Assembly: GCF_000008465.1 (NCBI RefSeq)
Contig: NC_006512.1
Coordinates: 870,001-902,000 of the forward strand
From: Idiomarina loihiensis L2TR
Lineage (GTDB): Bacteria; Pseudomonadota; Gammaproteobacteria; Enterobacterales; Alteromonadaceae
Length of the DNA stretch: 32,000 nucleotides
Direction of reading: 5' to 3'
Notes under the pieces: model-generated
Seen by the model: only the letters and a program-made list of their open reading frames with translations
Told to the model about the DNA's origin: nothing
Databases searched by the model: none
Made by a program: the position numbers and the translations under genes
Shown: in pieces, positions 1-9,825 of the stretch
Numbering within the stretch: the stretch's first letter is position 1
Layout: each line of letters starts with the position of its first letter

Positions 1-620
1 AACCAGGAGTCAATAATCAGTGCCTGTAATGGCTCTTCTGGTTCGCCCTTAGGCGGCGGTATTTGCCGGACAATGCGCTCAAGCACGTCGTCAATACCTA
101 AACCAGTTTTAGCCGAACACTGAACCGCGTCTACGGCTTCAATGCCCACAATGTCCTCTATTTCCTGTGCAACGCCCATAGCATCGGCCTGCGGCAGGTC
201 AATTTTGTTCAATACCGGAACAACTTCCAGGTCCATTTCAATAGCGGTATAACAGTTTGCCAAAGTCTGCGCTTCAACACCCTGAGCTGCATCAACAACC
301 AGCAGTGCGCCTTCACAACCCGCCAACGAACGCGAGACTTCATAAGAGAAGTCAACATGCCCTGGAGTATCGATGAAGTTTAACTGATAGGTTTCACCAT
401 CTTTAGCCGTGTAATAAAGGGTTACGCTCTGCGCTTTAATCGTAATACCCCGCTCACGCTCCAAATCCATGGAATCGAGTACTTGCTCAGCCATCTCACG
501 GTCAGTCAGTCCACCGCAATGCTGGATCAAGCGGTCGGACAAGGTGGATTTACCGTGGTCAATGTGAGCGATGATCGAGAAGTTACGAATATTACTTTGC
601 TTGAACGCCCTATTCGGCAT
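1..620 (-). CDS. lepA: Elongation factor 4 (LepA), N-terminal part; the 3' end runs off the window
   Basis: Not in the ORF track. The reverse complement of 541-620 reads ATG CCG AAT AGG ... = [26 protein letters not shown] (GTPase G1 motif). The frame stays open to position 1 with DTPGHVDF and NKID motifs. Its position after rseC matches E. coli. Confidence 0.95.
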   Translation of the reverse strand, partial: MPNRAFKQSNIRNFSIIAHIDHGKSTLSDRLIQHCGGLTDREMAEQVLDSMDLERERGITIKAQSVTLYYTAKDGETYQLNFIDTPGHVDFSYEVSRSLAGCEGALLVVDAAQGVEAQTLANCYTAIEMDLEVVPVLNKIDLPQADAMGVAQEIEDIVGIEAVDAVQCSAKTGLGIDDVLERIVRQIPPPKGEPEEPLQALIIDSW

Positions 621-723
621 TGATGATACCTCTGTAAAACTGAATTCTGGAACTTAAAAAATTAGTCCCGATCATACTCATGTTAGCGGCAAGAACAAAG
701 GACTTTATGACAGTTCAGGGGTT

Positions 724-1167
724 TCAGTGCTGAACTTCAGCCGCGACGGTTTCCAGTTTGACCATTGCATTGACTTGAATGTCACGTTTACGGAACCAGC
801 GTTTTAGTCCCCAGAAGGTAAAAGCAAAGCCAGCAAAGGACAATAAAATAACAAAACCTTCGGGTAACGTGCCTGTGTTTTCCAGTAGCACAGCTAATAG
901 CAACAGTGTCAGTATAGGTAAACCGTAGAGTAGTAGAGCAAAACGTGTTACTGCGGTTTCCGGTACTTCTAATTGCACCTGGTCGCCGGGACTAAACGTT
1001 TGTTCGGTAACCACAGTAAACTGCGCATTTCGGTCGGCAAAAACTTTACTTAAAATGCCAGCGCCACAGTTAGATACCTGCGCGCAACCCGAACAGGCCG
1101 TTTTTAACTGAGTGGTAACGGTTACGCGGTTGCCATCAACCGCGGTTACTTCTGCTACTTCTTTCAT
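724..1167 (-). CDS. rseC: Sigma-E regulatory protein RseC (SoxR-reducing/RnfF-like membrane protein)
   Basis: 147 aa with an N-terminal Cys cluster (CSGCAQVSNCGAG) and two C-terminal TM helices. It is the last gene of the rpoE-rseABC operon, and its start overlaps the rseB stop (TAATG). Confidence 0.85.
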   Translation of the reverse strand: MKEVAEVTAVDGNRVTVTTQLKTACSGCAQVSNCGAGILSKVFADRNAQFTVVTEQTFSPGDQVQLEVPETAVTRFALLLYGLPILTLLLLAVLLENTGTLPEGFVILLSFAGFAFTFWGLKRWFRKRDIQVNAMVKLETVAAEVQH

Positions 1168-2132
1168 TATTTAACTTCCGCCGCTATGCGTTGAGCCATG
1201 GTTAAAGGTACCTGACCCACCACTGTCACAAGAAAGTTATTATAACGCTTTGAGAACAAAGTGTGTGAAGAAGATAGAGCGAGATCGGTTTCCATACCTT
1301 CTGTTAGCTCAGCCACATAAACCGAGTACTCAGCAAGACCATCAGAAAACAAATAATGGTCAACCGGCGTTGCATCAACAACGAGAGTATGGCTTTGCTG
1401 GCTTAACAATTTGAATCCGCGCGGTGCCCACCGCGGCCCAACACTGTAATTTGTTGCACTTTGTACCCGAAGATCTTTTAACAGCGGTGGCATTTCAATA
1501 TTGCTTATTTCTTTGGTTATTTCGGGAGCGGTATCACGAACCGATAAACTGGTTAATTGCATTTGCTCCACAACATCGCCGGACTGATTCATCATGATCA
1601 TTTTAAGCGGCATACCGTGCTTGCGGTCAATCCATAGTGCATAGCTGTAACGCTGATTATCGCGGCTTAAAATACGAATATGCTGGGCATTACGACCTAA
1701 AACCCGTGCGCCACCACCCACCATAACTTGATAACTATGGCTAAGACGCTCAAAGGGTTGAGAAAATGCGGCCGGAAAGATAGCAGTAATAGTATCGGAC
1801 TCTAGCGCGTAATTACTGGATGAGGTATTAAAGTGGGCAACCTTGTTATTCACTCTTAAGATGCGAAAGTCCGGACCATTCATTTGAATTAACAGTTCGG
1901 TACTTCCTGTCTCCGGATCGTTGCCCTGTAGCCATTGATAAGGCTCAATTTGATCACCATGTACATGAACTAAAGAAGCCTCAAAATTCAGTTCAGTTAA
2001 AGCTTCTGCCATACGGTTGAACCAGTCAGCGCCACTTTCTGCTTGTTCGTTAGTCTGCTGTGCGCTTACCGAGAAGGTGCCGGCGAATAAAACAGCGCCA
2101 CATAAAATAGACCGATACAACCGAGTTATCAT
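1167..2132 (-). CDS. rseB: Sigma-E regulatory protein RseB (periplasmic, binds RseA)
   Basis: Operon position and length (~321 aa) fit RseB. I place the start at ATG 2132 (MITRLYRSILCGAVLFAGTFSVSAQQ, a signal peptide), 4 nt after the rseA stop with AAGG upstream. The track's longer ORF to 2174 would overlap rseA by 38 nt. Confidence 0.88.
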   Translation of the reverse strand: MITRLYRSILCGAVLFAGTFSVSAQQTNEQAESGADWFNRMAEALTELNFEASLVHVHGDQIEPYQWLQGNDPETGSTELLIQMNGPDFRILRVNNKVAHFNTSSSNYALESDTITAIFPAAFSQPFERLSHSYQVMVGGGARVLGRNAQHIRILSRDNQRYSYALWIDRKHGMPLKMIMMNQSGDVVEQMQLTSLSVRDTAPEITKEISNIEMPPLLKDLRVQSATNYSVGPRWAPRGFKLLSQQSHTLVVDATPVDHYLFSDGLAEYSVYVAELTEGMETDLALSSSHTLFSKRYNNFLVTVVGQVPLTMAQRIAAEVK

Positions 2133-2136
2133 AGCC

Positions 2137-2724
2137 TTAATTACCTTTGTTGAGCTCCTGCTCTGACTGCTCATCTTTTTCTGCTTGCTCTGTTTTCTGC
2201 TGCAACATCAATTGTTGTTGATGATCAATCAGGTATGACTGAACCTGACGGCGTCTTTGCTGATCGCTGATTTGCGACATTGGCTCAACACGATTCAAGC
2301 TCACCGGCTCACGGCCACCACCAATGGGGCTGGTCAGCAGAGTAGGTTCTGCGCTGCTACCATCGGGTGTCGCGGGTTGCTGATAAGTTTGCACTGTCAT
2401 CACCGCAACCACGGCCACACTTGCTGCAACGGCAACTTTGGCGAAAGGCTGGAACCAACGTGAAGCCGCTTTATTCTGGCTCTTAGAGCGACCAAAACCT
2501 GGCTTAACGACATTGGACTCCTGGCTTACGCTAACACGAACACGCTCGCTAATATCAAGGCTGATATCCGAGTTTAAGTCACCTTTTATTGCCGCGTGAA
2601 TAACACTGTAACGGTGCCACTCCTGCTGAGCCTGTTCATCTTGCAACAGTGCTTCAATTTCATCGGCATTGATGAGTTGTTCATCAAACAACGCGGATGT
2701 TGATTCTGATTTATTCCGAGACAT
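2137..2724 (-). CDS. rseA: Anti-sigma-E factor RseA
   Basis: 195 aa directly downstream of rpoE. The N-terminal anti-sigma domain resembles E. coli RseA (ALFDEQL...EWHRYSVIHAAIKGD). There is one central TM segment (AKVAVAASVAVVAVMTV) and a Gln-rich periplasmic tail. Confidence 0.85.
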   Translation of the reverse strand: MSRNKSESTSALFDEQLINADEIEALLQDEQAQQEWHRYSVIHAAIKGDLNSDISLDISERVRVSVSQESNVVKPGFGRSKSQNKAASRWFQPFAKVAVAASVAVVAVMTVQTYQQPATPDGSSAEPTLLTSPIGGGREPVSLNRVEPMSQISDQQRRRQVQSYLIDHQQQLMLQQKTEQAEKDEQSEQELNKGN

Positions 2725-2742
2725 AGATGCCCCTCTGTTAGT

Positions 2743-3321
2743 TTACCGTTCCAGCAACGGTCGGAGTTGATTATCTATTGCTTCCCGAGCGCGAAAGATG
2801 CGAGAGCGGACAGTACCTATAGGACAATCCATTTCTAGCGCAATTTCCTCGTAACCGAGACCTTCAATTTCCCTTAAAGTAATTGCCCGACGTAAATCAT
2901 CCGGCAATTCATCAATTGTTTTTAATACCACATCTCGAATCTCATCAGAGAGCATTTGCCTTTCCGGAGAGGCGCTGTCTCTTAGCGCACCGGCTCCTTC
3001 ATAAAACTCTGCGTCTTCTGCATCAATGTCAGATGCGGGCGGTTTTCTACCTTGCGAAACTAAATAGTTTTTCGCCGTATTCACCGCAATTCGGTACAGC
3101 CAGGTATAAAAGGCACTGTCGCCACGGAAGTTCGGTAACGCCCGATACGCTTTTATAAACGCTTCCTGTGCAACATCAGCTACGTCGCCCTGTTGTTTGA
3201 CATAACGCGATATCAAACTCATGACTTTATGCTGATACTTTTTTACCAGCAGATCAAAAGCTCGGTTATCACCTTGTTGTACTCTTTCGACCAGCTGTTG
3301 GTCACTCACCTGTTCGCTCAT
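2743..3321 (-). CDS. rpoE: ECF RNA polymerase sigma factor sigma-E (sigma-24)
   Basis: 192 aa, near-colinear with E. coli RpoE (MSEQ..DQQLVERVQ.GD..AF.LLV.KYQHKV..L..RYV, region 4 DCPIGTVRSRIFRAREAID). Confidence 0.97.
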   Translation of the reverse strand: MSEQVSDQQLVERVQQGDNRAFDLLVKKYQHKVMSLISRYVKQQGDVADVAQEAFIKAYRALPNFRGDSAFYTWLYRIAVNTAKNYLVSQGRKPPASDIDAEDAEFYEGAGALRDSASPERQMLSDEIRDVVLKTIDELPDDLRRAITLREIEGLGYEEIALEMDCPIGTVRSRIFRAREAIDNQLRPLLER

Positions 3322-3386
3322 CCGAGCCTGTTCTCCCTTAACCCAGGAACTGCTGGAACTGGCGGCCCGTCCTGTTTCTTACTGAC

Positions 3387-3414
3387 TGTGACAGAGCCGC
3401 ATGTAAAAAGTTCG
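3387..3414 (-). promoter_or_regulatory. Putative sigma-E-dependent autoregulatory promoter of rpoE (P2-like)
   Basis: The minus strand reads CGAACTT-N16-TCACA. The E. coli rpoE P2 reads GGAACTT-N16-TCTAA, with the same spacing. The predicted TSS is ~60 nt upstream of the rpoE ATG. This is a motif match only. Confidence 0.5.
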
Positions 3415-3466
3415 CAAAAATATCGTCAAATGCGTAAAATCGTTCAAAATTCACATTGAGTACTTT

Positions 3467-5068
3467 ATGGAACCTGTTGCAAATTATCAATGCGATGTAC
3501 TGATTATTGGTTCGGGAGCCGCGGGATTAACTACCGCTTTACAGTTGGCCGATAACTTAAACGTTACGGTACTAAGTAAAGGCCCGCTGACTGAAGGCTC
3601 AACCTTTTACGCGCAAGGCGGCATTGCCGCAGTATTCGACGAAAACGACAGTATTGAGAGTCACATCGAGGATACCTTAATTGCCGGCGCCGGCCTTTGC
3701 GATCCCGAAGCCGTTAAGTTTACCACAGAAAACGCGCGCGCAAGTCTGCAATGGCTGATTGATGCCGGCGTGGGTTTTGATCAAGTCGAGTCTAAAGACA
3801 GCAACCCAGCGTACCACCTGAACCGTGAAGGCGGTCACAGTCATCGACGAATTCTGCACGCAGCAGATGCCACCGGCAAAGCGGTACAGACAACATTGCA
3901 GAAAAAAGCAATGGAGCATCCAAATATTCAGGTGCTGGAACGATACAACGCGGTCGATTTGATCACGGGTTCTCGTATCGGTAAACCTGACGGTTGCTAT
4001 GGAGCTTATGTCTGGAGCCGTCAGAAAGAACAAGTGGAAACCGTTGCGGCAGGCTGTGTGGTATTGGCTACGGGCGGTGCAAGTAAGGTATATCAGTATA
4101 CCAGTAACCCGGATATTGCCAGCGGCGACGGTATTGCCATGGCCTGGCGCGCAGGCTGCAGTGTGGCCAATATGGAATTTAATCAGTTCCATCCAACCTG
4201 TTTATTTCACCCCAACGCGCAGAGTTTTCTATTAAGCGAAGCCTTGCGTGGCGAAGGCGCTTTGCTGAAACGGCCCGACGGAACTCGTTTTATGCCGGAC
4301 TTTCATGAGTCTGCTGAATTGGCTCCGCGCGACGTGGTTGCCCGCGCTATCGACTTTGAAATGAAGCGTCTGGGTGCTGACTGCATGTATCTGGATATTT
4401 CTCATAAACCGAAAGACTTTATTCAGCATCACTTCCCTACCATTATGGAAAAATGCTTGTCGCTGGGTATTGATATCAGCAAACAGCCGATGCCGGTTGT
4501 TCCTGCGGCCCATTACACCTGTGGCGGTGTTAAAACCGATATGAACGCAGCGACCGATTTACCCAACTTGTATGCTGTTGGTGAGGTTGCCTGCACAGGT
4601 CTGCACGGAGCCAATCGCATGGCTAGCAACTCGCTGCTGGAATGTCTGGTTTTCGCCCGTGCGGCGGCTAAAGATATTTTATCTAAACGCCCTCATCAGA
4701 AGGCCTTAAATCATATTCCCGGTTGGGATGAAAGTCAGGTAGGCAATTCCGACGAGGAAGTTATAATTCAACATAACTGGCATGAGCTACGACTGTTCAT
4801 GTGGGACTACGTTGGCATTGTGCGTACCACCAAGCGTCTGGAACGGGCCCTTCACCGAATTCAGTTGCTACAGCGCGAAATTCACGAGTATTACTCGAAC
4901 TTCCGCGTGAGTAACAATTTACTGGAGTTACGTAACTTAGTGCAGGTATCAGAGCTTATTGTACGAAGCGCTATTAGTCGTAAAGAAAGTCGCGGCTTAC
5001 ATTATACTCTCGACTACCCTGACACATTGCCGGATCCTCAGCCTACGGTGCTGACACCGAAAAGTTAA
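3467..5068 (+). CDS. nadB: L-aspartate oxidase (NAD biosynthesis)
   Basis: 533 aa with an N-terminal FAD fold ([12 protein letters not shown]) and succinate dehydrogenase/fumarate reductase flavoprotein-like motifs ([18 protein letters not shown]). It is divergent from rpoE, as in E. coli. Confidence 0.96.
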   Translation: MEPVANYQCDVLIIGSGAAGLTTALQLADNLNVTVLSKGPLTEGSTFYAQGGIAAVFDENDSIESHIEDTLIAGAGLCDPEAVKFTTENARASLQWLIDAGVGFDQVESKDSNPAYHLNREGGHSHRRILHAADATGKAVQTTLQKKAMEHPNIQVLERYNAVDLITGSRIGKPDGCYGAYVWSRQKEQVETVAAGCVVLATGGASKVYQYTSNPDIASGDGIAMAWRAGCSVANMEFNQFHPTCLFHPNAQSFLLSEALRGEGALLKRPDGTRFMPDFHESAELAPRDVVARAIDFEMKRLGADCMYLDISHKPKDFIQHHFPTIMEKCLSLGIDISKQPMPVVPAAHYTCGGVKTDMNAATDLPNLYAVGEVACTGLHGANRMASNSLLECLVFARAAAKDILSKRPHQKALNHIPGWDESQVGNSDEEVIIQHNWHELRLFMWDYVGIVRTTKRLERALHRIQLLQREIHEYYSNFRVSNNLLELRNLVQVSELIVRSAISRKESRGLHYTLDYPDTLPDPQPTVLTPKS

Positions 5069-5334
5069 GGCTCTGACAACTGTTGTAACTGGCGCCGCAG
5101 TTTTATCTGCTGCGCCTTTGACAACTGAAACCACCAAACCCGGAGCCAGTGCCGCTTTTCCTGACCTTTTTCTGTTTTATAGGCAAGCGGCAGTAAAACC
5201 AACATACCGCCTACGACCAGTGCTTTGCTGAATAATTGACAACGTTCACCCAGCCACCACCAGTAACGTCCGCACGCTGACACAGACAACACGCGCATAG
5301 GTCGCTGTAAACGAAAATAACTGTCAGGGTTCAC
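5065..5334 (-). CDS. Short YgfX/CptA-like inner-membrane protein (DUF1434-like), GTG start
   Basis: 89 aa, starting 10 nt downstream of the sdhE stop, which is the ygfX position in E. coli. It has one clear hydrophobic helix ([15 protein letters not shown]). The C-terminus [24 protein letters not shown] resembles the E. coli YgfX tail HLWLAADSMDEAEWRDLRRILLQQ. It is ~45 aa shorter than E. coli YgfX (135 aa). Confidence 0.55.
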   Translation of the reverse strand: MNPDSYFRLQRPMRVLSVSACGRYWWWLGERCQLFSKALVVGGMLVLLPLAYKTEKGQEKRHWLRVWWFQLSKAQQIKLRRQLQQLSEP

Positions 5335-5343
5335 CGCCCGAGT

Positions 5344-5616
5344 CTATACCTTAACGCGTGACAACATAAACCGAATCATTTCAGCAAGTTCTTCGTCTTC
5401 ACACTTCTGGTGACCCATAAACCAGGCAAAAAGATCCGGGTCATCGCAGGTAATTAAACGGCGAAATACCGCTTTTTGTTCTTCACTTAGTTCGTCGTAA
5501 GCCTGATCAACAAAAGGTTCAAATAATACATCCAGCTCCAGCATGCCCCGGCGGCACGCCCAACGTAAACGACGCTTGTCTTTTAGTGCTTCTTCTGACT
5601 GTTTTAACGGCAACAT
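5344..5616 (-). CDS. sdhE: FAD assembly factor SdhE (YgfY/CptB)
   Basis: 90 aa with WACRRGMLELD (RGxxE motif) and CDDPDLFAWFMGH, close to E. coli SdhE. Confidence 0.93.
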   Translation of the reverse strand: MLPLKQSEEALKDKRRLRWACRRGMLELDVLFEPFVDQAYDELSEEQKAVFRRLITCDDPDLFAWFMGHQKCEDEELAEMIRFMLSRVKV

Positions 5617-5696
5617 AAAATCTCCGCAGCAATTGCCCTTGTAATTCGATAATGTGCCCTAATATTACCACGTAAGCCATTTAATAAGGAGTCATT

Positions 5697-6590
5697 GTGG
5701 TTGAGTTAACGCAGCATTTTACTGACGCAAATCAGGATCACCTTTCCGTTCAACTGACGGACTATGGTATCCTCTCGGTTTCTGGCGAAGATGCTGACAG
5801 TTTTTTACAGGGTCAGCTGACATGTGATTTACGCAAACTCGACCAGGATAATTGCTTATATGGCGCACATTGCGATCAAACCGGAAAAGCGTTTAGCATC
5901 TTCTGGCTTTATCGCGAAGACGACGCCGTTTTTTTAATTATGCATCGCAGTGCAATTGAAGGCTCTTTGGCACAATTAAAGAAATTCGGTGTCTTTAGTA
6001 AAGTCACTATTGAAGATGTAAGCGACGACTGGAGCATAGCCGGTGTTTTCGGTAGCAAAGCAGCCAGCGTTGCAGCAGAATTTGATGGCCGGGTAATGCA
6101 GGTTGGGACCAGTCCCGACCAATATCTGTTACTCAGCCAACAGCCAATTTCTACGGATTATCCGCAACCTTACTGGGATGCGTTGGAAATTGAACGGGTT
6201 CGTCCACAACTTACGTCTGAGAACATCCAGGCGTTTGTCCCGCAAATGATGAATTTGCAGGTGTGGGATGGAATCAGTTTTGACAAAGGATGTTATATCG
6301 GCCAGGAGACTATTGCCCGGATGAAATATTTGGGCAAACAGAAACGGGCGCTCTTTCGCTTATCCGGTAAAGTAACGGCTCAAGTTACTGCTGGTACGCA
6401 ATTAGAGAAAGCCATTGGCGAGAACTGGCGTCGTGCAGGTACGGTCATTATGGCAGTGAACCGCACCGACACCCAAGTGGACTTATTAGCTGTTTTACCC
6501 AGTGACATAGACACTGACACGGCTATACGAGTCCGGGATGACGACGCAAGTCTTCTGGAAATACACTCACTGCCTTATCAATTAGGTTAA
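5697..6590 (+). CDS. ygfZ: Folate-binding tRNA-modification / Fe-S cluster repair protein YgfZ
   Basis: 297 aa with a GTG start and a strong AAGGAG SD. It carries the family signature KGCYIGQE(T)IAR and is divergent from sdhE, as in E. coli. Confidence 0.9.
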   Translation: MVELTQHFTDANQDHLSVQLTDYGILSVSGEDADSFLQGQLTCDLRKLDQDNCLYGAHCDQTGKAFSIFWLYREDDAVFLIMHRSAIEGSLAQLKKFGVFSKVTIEDVSDDWSIAGVFGSKAASVAAEFDGRVMQVGTSPDQYLLLSQQPISTDYPQPYWDALEIERVRPQLTSENIQAFVPQMMNLQVWDGISFDKGCYIGQETIARMKYLGKQKRALFRLSGKVTAQVTAGTQLEKAIGENWRRAGTVIMAVNRTDTQVDLLAVLPSDIDTDTAIRVRDDDASLLEIHSLPYQLG

Positions 6591-6594
6591 ATTT

Positions 6595-7077
6595 ATGAGC
6601 GAAACCATTGCACCAAACAAAGTCGTGGCTATCAACTATGCCGTTAAAACGGAAGATGGCCAGACGCTGGACCAGTCTAAAGATGGCAGCCCACTGAACT
6701 TCATCCACGGTCGTGGCATGCTGATTCCTGGTCTGGAAAATGCACTGGAAGGCAAAAAAGTTGGCGATAGCTTCACTGCAGAAGTTAAACCAGAAGAAGC
6801 TTATGGCGAACGTCATGACGGCTTAATCCAGACTGTACCACGTAACCTGTTCGGCGAAAACGAAGTACAGCCTGGCATGCAGTTCCGTGCCAGCACGGAT
6901 CAAGGCGAACAGTCTGTTGTTATCGTTGAAGTAAAAGACGACGAAGTGACTGTTGACGGTAACCACCCACTGGCCGGTGTTAACCTGAACTTTGACGTAA
7001 AAGTTATTGAAGTTCGTGAAGCGACTGAGCAAGAACTTGAGCACGGTCACGTTCACACTGACGGCGAAGATCACTAA
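6595..7077 (+). CDS. slyD: FKBP-type peptidyl-prolyl cis-trans isomerase SlyD, short-tail form
   Basis: 160 aa. It aligns to E. coli SlyD across the FKBP and IF domains (VDGNHPLAG.NL.F.V.V..REATE.ELEHGHVH) but ends after a short HGHVHTDGEDH tail. It starts 4 nt after ygfZ, so it is probably co-transcribed. Confidence 0.88.
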   Translation: MSETIAPNKVVAINYAVKTEDGQTLDQSKDGSPLNFIHGRGMLIPGLENALEGKKVGDSFTAEVKPEEAYGERHDGLIQTVPRNLFGENEVQPGMQFRASTDQGEQSVVIVEVKDDEVTVDGNHPLAGVNLNFDVKVIEVREATEQELEHGHVHTDGEDH

Positions 7078-7096
7078 GCGCTGTTTTTGATAAAAG

Positions 7097-7128
7097 AAAC
7101 CCGGCTAATAAGCCGGGTTTTTTTGTTT
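7097..7128. terminator. Bidirectional rho-independent terminator between convergent slyD and lysS
   Basis: A perfect 10-bp stem, AAACCCGGCT / AGCCGGGTTT, with loop AATA. It is followed by TTTTGTTT on the plus strand and CTTTTAT on the minus strand. Confidence 0.85.
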
Positions 7129-7139
7129 CAGAGAGGTAA

Positions 7140-8651
7140 TTAATCCGCTTTTGGGCGCATATGCGGGAACAATAATACGTCGCGAATAGACGCAGAATCC
7201 GTTAGCAACATTACCAGACGGTCAATACCAATGCCCTGACCGGCTGTTGGCGGCATACCGTGTTCCAGTGCGGTGACATAATCTTCGTCGTAGAACATGG
7301 CTTCATCATCGCCCGCTTCTTTCTGTTCAACTTGCTCGCGAAAACGTTCAGCCTGATCTTCAGCATCGTTAAGCTCCGAGAAACCATTCGCCAACTCACG
7401 ACCACCGGCAAAAAATTCAAAACGATCAGTCACAAACGGATTGTCGTCGTGACGACGAGCCAACGGTGAAACTTCAGCCGGGTACGCAGTAATAAAGGTA
7501 GGCTGAATTAAACGATGCTCAGCAACAGTCTCAAAAATTTCGATCTGAACTTTACCTAAGCCCCATGACGGCTTAACACTGACACCAACCTGCTCGGCAA
7601 TTTCAGTTGCTGTATTCATGTCATTAAGCTGCTCAAGGCTCACTTCCGGCATGTACTTAACAATAGCTTCCAACACTGTCATGCGCTCAAACGGCTTACC
7701 GAAATCATAATCCACGCCCTGGCTGGTAAACTGAGCAGAGCCTAAGACCGACTCAGCCGCACCACGTAACATCTGCTCGGTTAAATCCATTAAGTCGTGA
7801 TAATCCGCGTACGCCCAGTAGAACTCCAACATAGTGAACTCAGGGTTGTGGCGCGTTGACAGGCCTTCATTACGGAAATTACGGTTAATTTCGAACACCT
7901 TCTCAAAACCACCAACGACTAAACGTTTCAGGTAAAGTTCTGGTGCAATACGTAAAAACAGTTCCATATCCAGTGCGTTATGGTGCGTGCTGAAAGGACG
8001 AGCTGCGGCGCCGCCCGGAATCGCCTGCATCATAGGAGTTTCAACTTCCAGAAACTGACGGTCACTTAAAAAACGACGAATATAGTCAATGATTTTAGAG
8101 CGAGCCATGAAAGTACTGCGAGACTCTTCGTTGGTAATCAGGTCCAGATAACGCTGACGATAGCGCATTTCCTGATCTGACAAGCCATGGAATTTATCCG
8201 GCAAAGGACGCAGTGCTTTAGTCAGCAAACGTACTTCGTCAACTTGCACGCTTAACTCACCGGTTCCGGTAATAAACAAGGTGCCAGAGGCGCCGAGAAT
8301 ATCGCCTAAATCCCATTTTTTAAATTCCGTGTTGTAATAACCTTCAGGCAGATTGTCGCGGGCAACATACAGTTGAATTTTGCCGCTCATATCCTGGATG
8401 GTTGCGAAACTGGCTTTCCCCATAATACGGCGGGTCATCATACGGCCGGCAACTTTCACGCGAATGCCTTTTTCCGCCAGCTCTTCTTTGCTCAGATTAT
8501 CGTATTCAGCGTGTAAGTCAGCAGCTAACGAGTCCCGACGGAAATCGTTCGGGAATGCGATACCCTTATCGCGAAGCGCCGACAGTTTCGCCTTTCGCTG
8601 CGCGATCTGTTCGTTTACGTCTACTTCAGGTGCCTGCGATTTATCAGTCAT
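7140..8651 (-). CDS. lysS: Lysine--tRNA ligase (class II)
   Basis: 503 aa. It has an OB anticodon-binding domain and class II motifs (FRNEG, GGGIGIDRL-type [11 protein letters not shown]). It lies immediately downstream of prfB, as in E. coli. Confidence 0.97.
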   Translation of the reverse strand: MTDKSQAPEVDVNEQIAQRKAKLSALRDKGIAFPNDFRRDSLAADLHAEYDNLSKEELAEKGIRVKVAGRMMTRRIMGKASFATIQDMSGKIQLYVARDNLPEGYYNTEFKKWDLGDILGASGTLFITGTGELSVQVDEVRLLTKALRPLPDKFHGLSDQEMRYRQRYLDLITNEESRSTFMARSKIIDYIRRFLSDRQFLEVETPMMQAIPGGAAARPFSTHHNALDMELFLRIAPELYLKRLVVGGFEKVFEINRNFRNEGLSTRHNPEFTMLEFYWAYADYHDLMDLTEQMLRGAAESVLGSAQFTSQGVDYDFGKPFERMTVLEAIVKYMPEVSLEQLNDMNTATEIAEQVGVSVKPSWGLGKVQIEIFETVAEHRLIQPTFITAYPAEVSPLARRHDDNPFVTDRFEFFAGGRELANGFSELNDAEDQAERFREQVEQKEAGDDEAMFYDEDYVTALEHGMPPTAGQGIGIDRLVMLLTDSASIRDVLLFPHMRPKAD

Positions 8652-8687
8652 TATCGATTTTCCTCTGTCGGGATACTTAAATTAAAC

Positions 8688-9786
8688 TTACAGCCCGCTT
8701 TTCAAGCTGGCTTCAATAAACGGGTCAAGTGCGCCATCAAGCACAGCCTGGGTATTACGGTTTTCGATACCCGTACGTAAATCTTTGATACGCGCATCGT
8801 CCAGAACATAAGAGCGAATTTGACTGCCCCAGCCGATATCAGCTTTTGAGTCTTCTAATGCCTGTTTCTCTTCGTTCTGTTTCTGTAATTCAAATTCGTA
8901 CAATTTCGCTTTCAGCTGTTTCATTGCTGAGTCGCGGTTCTTGTGCTGCGAACGGTCACTCTGACATTGCACCACAATGCCTGTTGGTTCGTGCGTTAAA
9001 CGAACCGCAGAATCGGTACGGTTAACGTGCTGACCACCGGCACCCGATGCCCGATAGGTATCCACCCGCAGGTCAGACGGATCAATCTCAATATCAATGT
9101 CGTCATCTACTTCCGGGTAAACAAAAACCGACGCGAACGATGTATGGCGGCGATTACCTGAGTCGAAGGGGGATTTACGTACTAAACGGTGCACACCGGT
9201 TTCAGTACGCAGCCAGCCGTAGGCGTATTCTCCGACCACACGTACCGTGGCCGATTTTATACCAGCGACATCGCCTTCTGACAGCTCAGTAATTTCCGCT
9301 TTAAAGTCATGCGCTTCTGCCCAGCGCAAATACATGCGTAGCAACATATTAGCCCAGTCCTGAGCTTCGGTTCCGCCGGAGCCTGACTGAATATCCAGGT
9401 AGCAGTCTGCCGAGTCGTTGTCTTTTGAAAACATACGACGAAACTCTAAAGCTTCCAGCTGTTTCACTAAACCGGACAGCTCTTCATGAGCTTCGTTAAA
9501 AGTGTCTTCGTCTTCTGCTTCTACCGCAAGATCAACAAGACCCTCGACATCATCCAGCCCCTGCTGAAGTTTATCCAGGGTTTGTACCACTTGCTCTAAT
9601 GCCGCACGCTCTTTACCTAAAGCTTGCGCCTTGGGTGGATCATCCCACACATTGGGCTGTTCCATCTCACGAGTAACTTCTTCCAGACGCTCTAACTTAG
9701 CATCGTAGTCAAAGATACCCCCTAAGCGAATTACTACGCTCACGCATTTCTTTGATGTTGTTGTAGGTTGCGTTAGTTTCAAACAT
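8688..9786 (-). CDS. prfB: Peptide chain release factor 2, expressed through a programmed +1 ribosomal frameshift
   Basis: The true start is ATG 9786. Frame 0 encodes [25 protein letters not shown] and then hits TGA at 9711-9709. After the +1 shift, the frame continues [11 protein letters not shown]... to 8688 and contains the SPF and GGQ motifs ([10 protein letters not shown]). The first 24 residues of the track ORF (MKLTQPTT...IRLGGIF) are an out-of-frame artefact. Confidence 0.96.
9708..9726 (-). promoter_or_regulatory. RF2 autoregulatory recoding signal
   Basis: The minus strand reads CTT AGG GGG TAT CTT TGA C. This is identical to the E. coli prfB shift cassette: an internal SD-like AGGGGG, a 3-nt spacer, a slippery CUU, and a weak UGA-C stop. 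Confidence 0.93.
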
Positions 9787-9825
9787 GCGACTACCTAATT
9801 CTGTTAATTCTAAAAGGGGCGTAGT

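Noticed and set aside
3346-3381. A plus-strand sigma-E-like motif, GGAACTG-N15-TCTTA, pointing toward nadB and interdigitated with the rpoE promoter
   Set aside because: The spacer is one nt short of the canonical geometry and the -10 is weak. The GGAAC copies are equally explained as a repeat in the rpoE leader, and I know of no precedent for sigma-E control of nadB.
3677-4192. A 171-aa ORF antisense to nadB, plus similar ORFs at 3999-4235 and 4232-4513
   Set aside because: They lie entirely inside a well-supported conserved gene on the opposite strand. The translations are Cys/Arg/Thr-rich with no motifs, which is a typical antisense-frame artefact.
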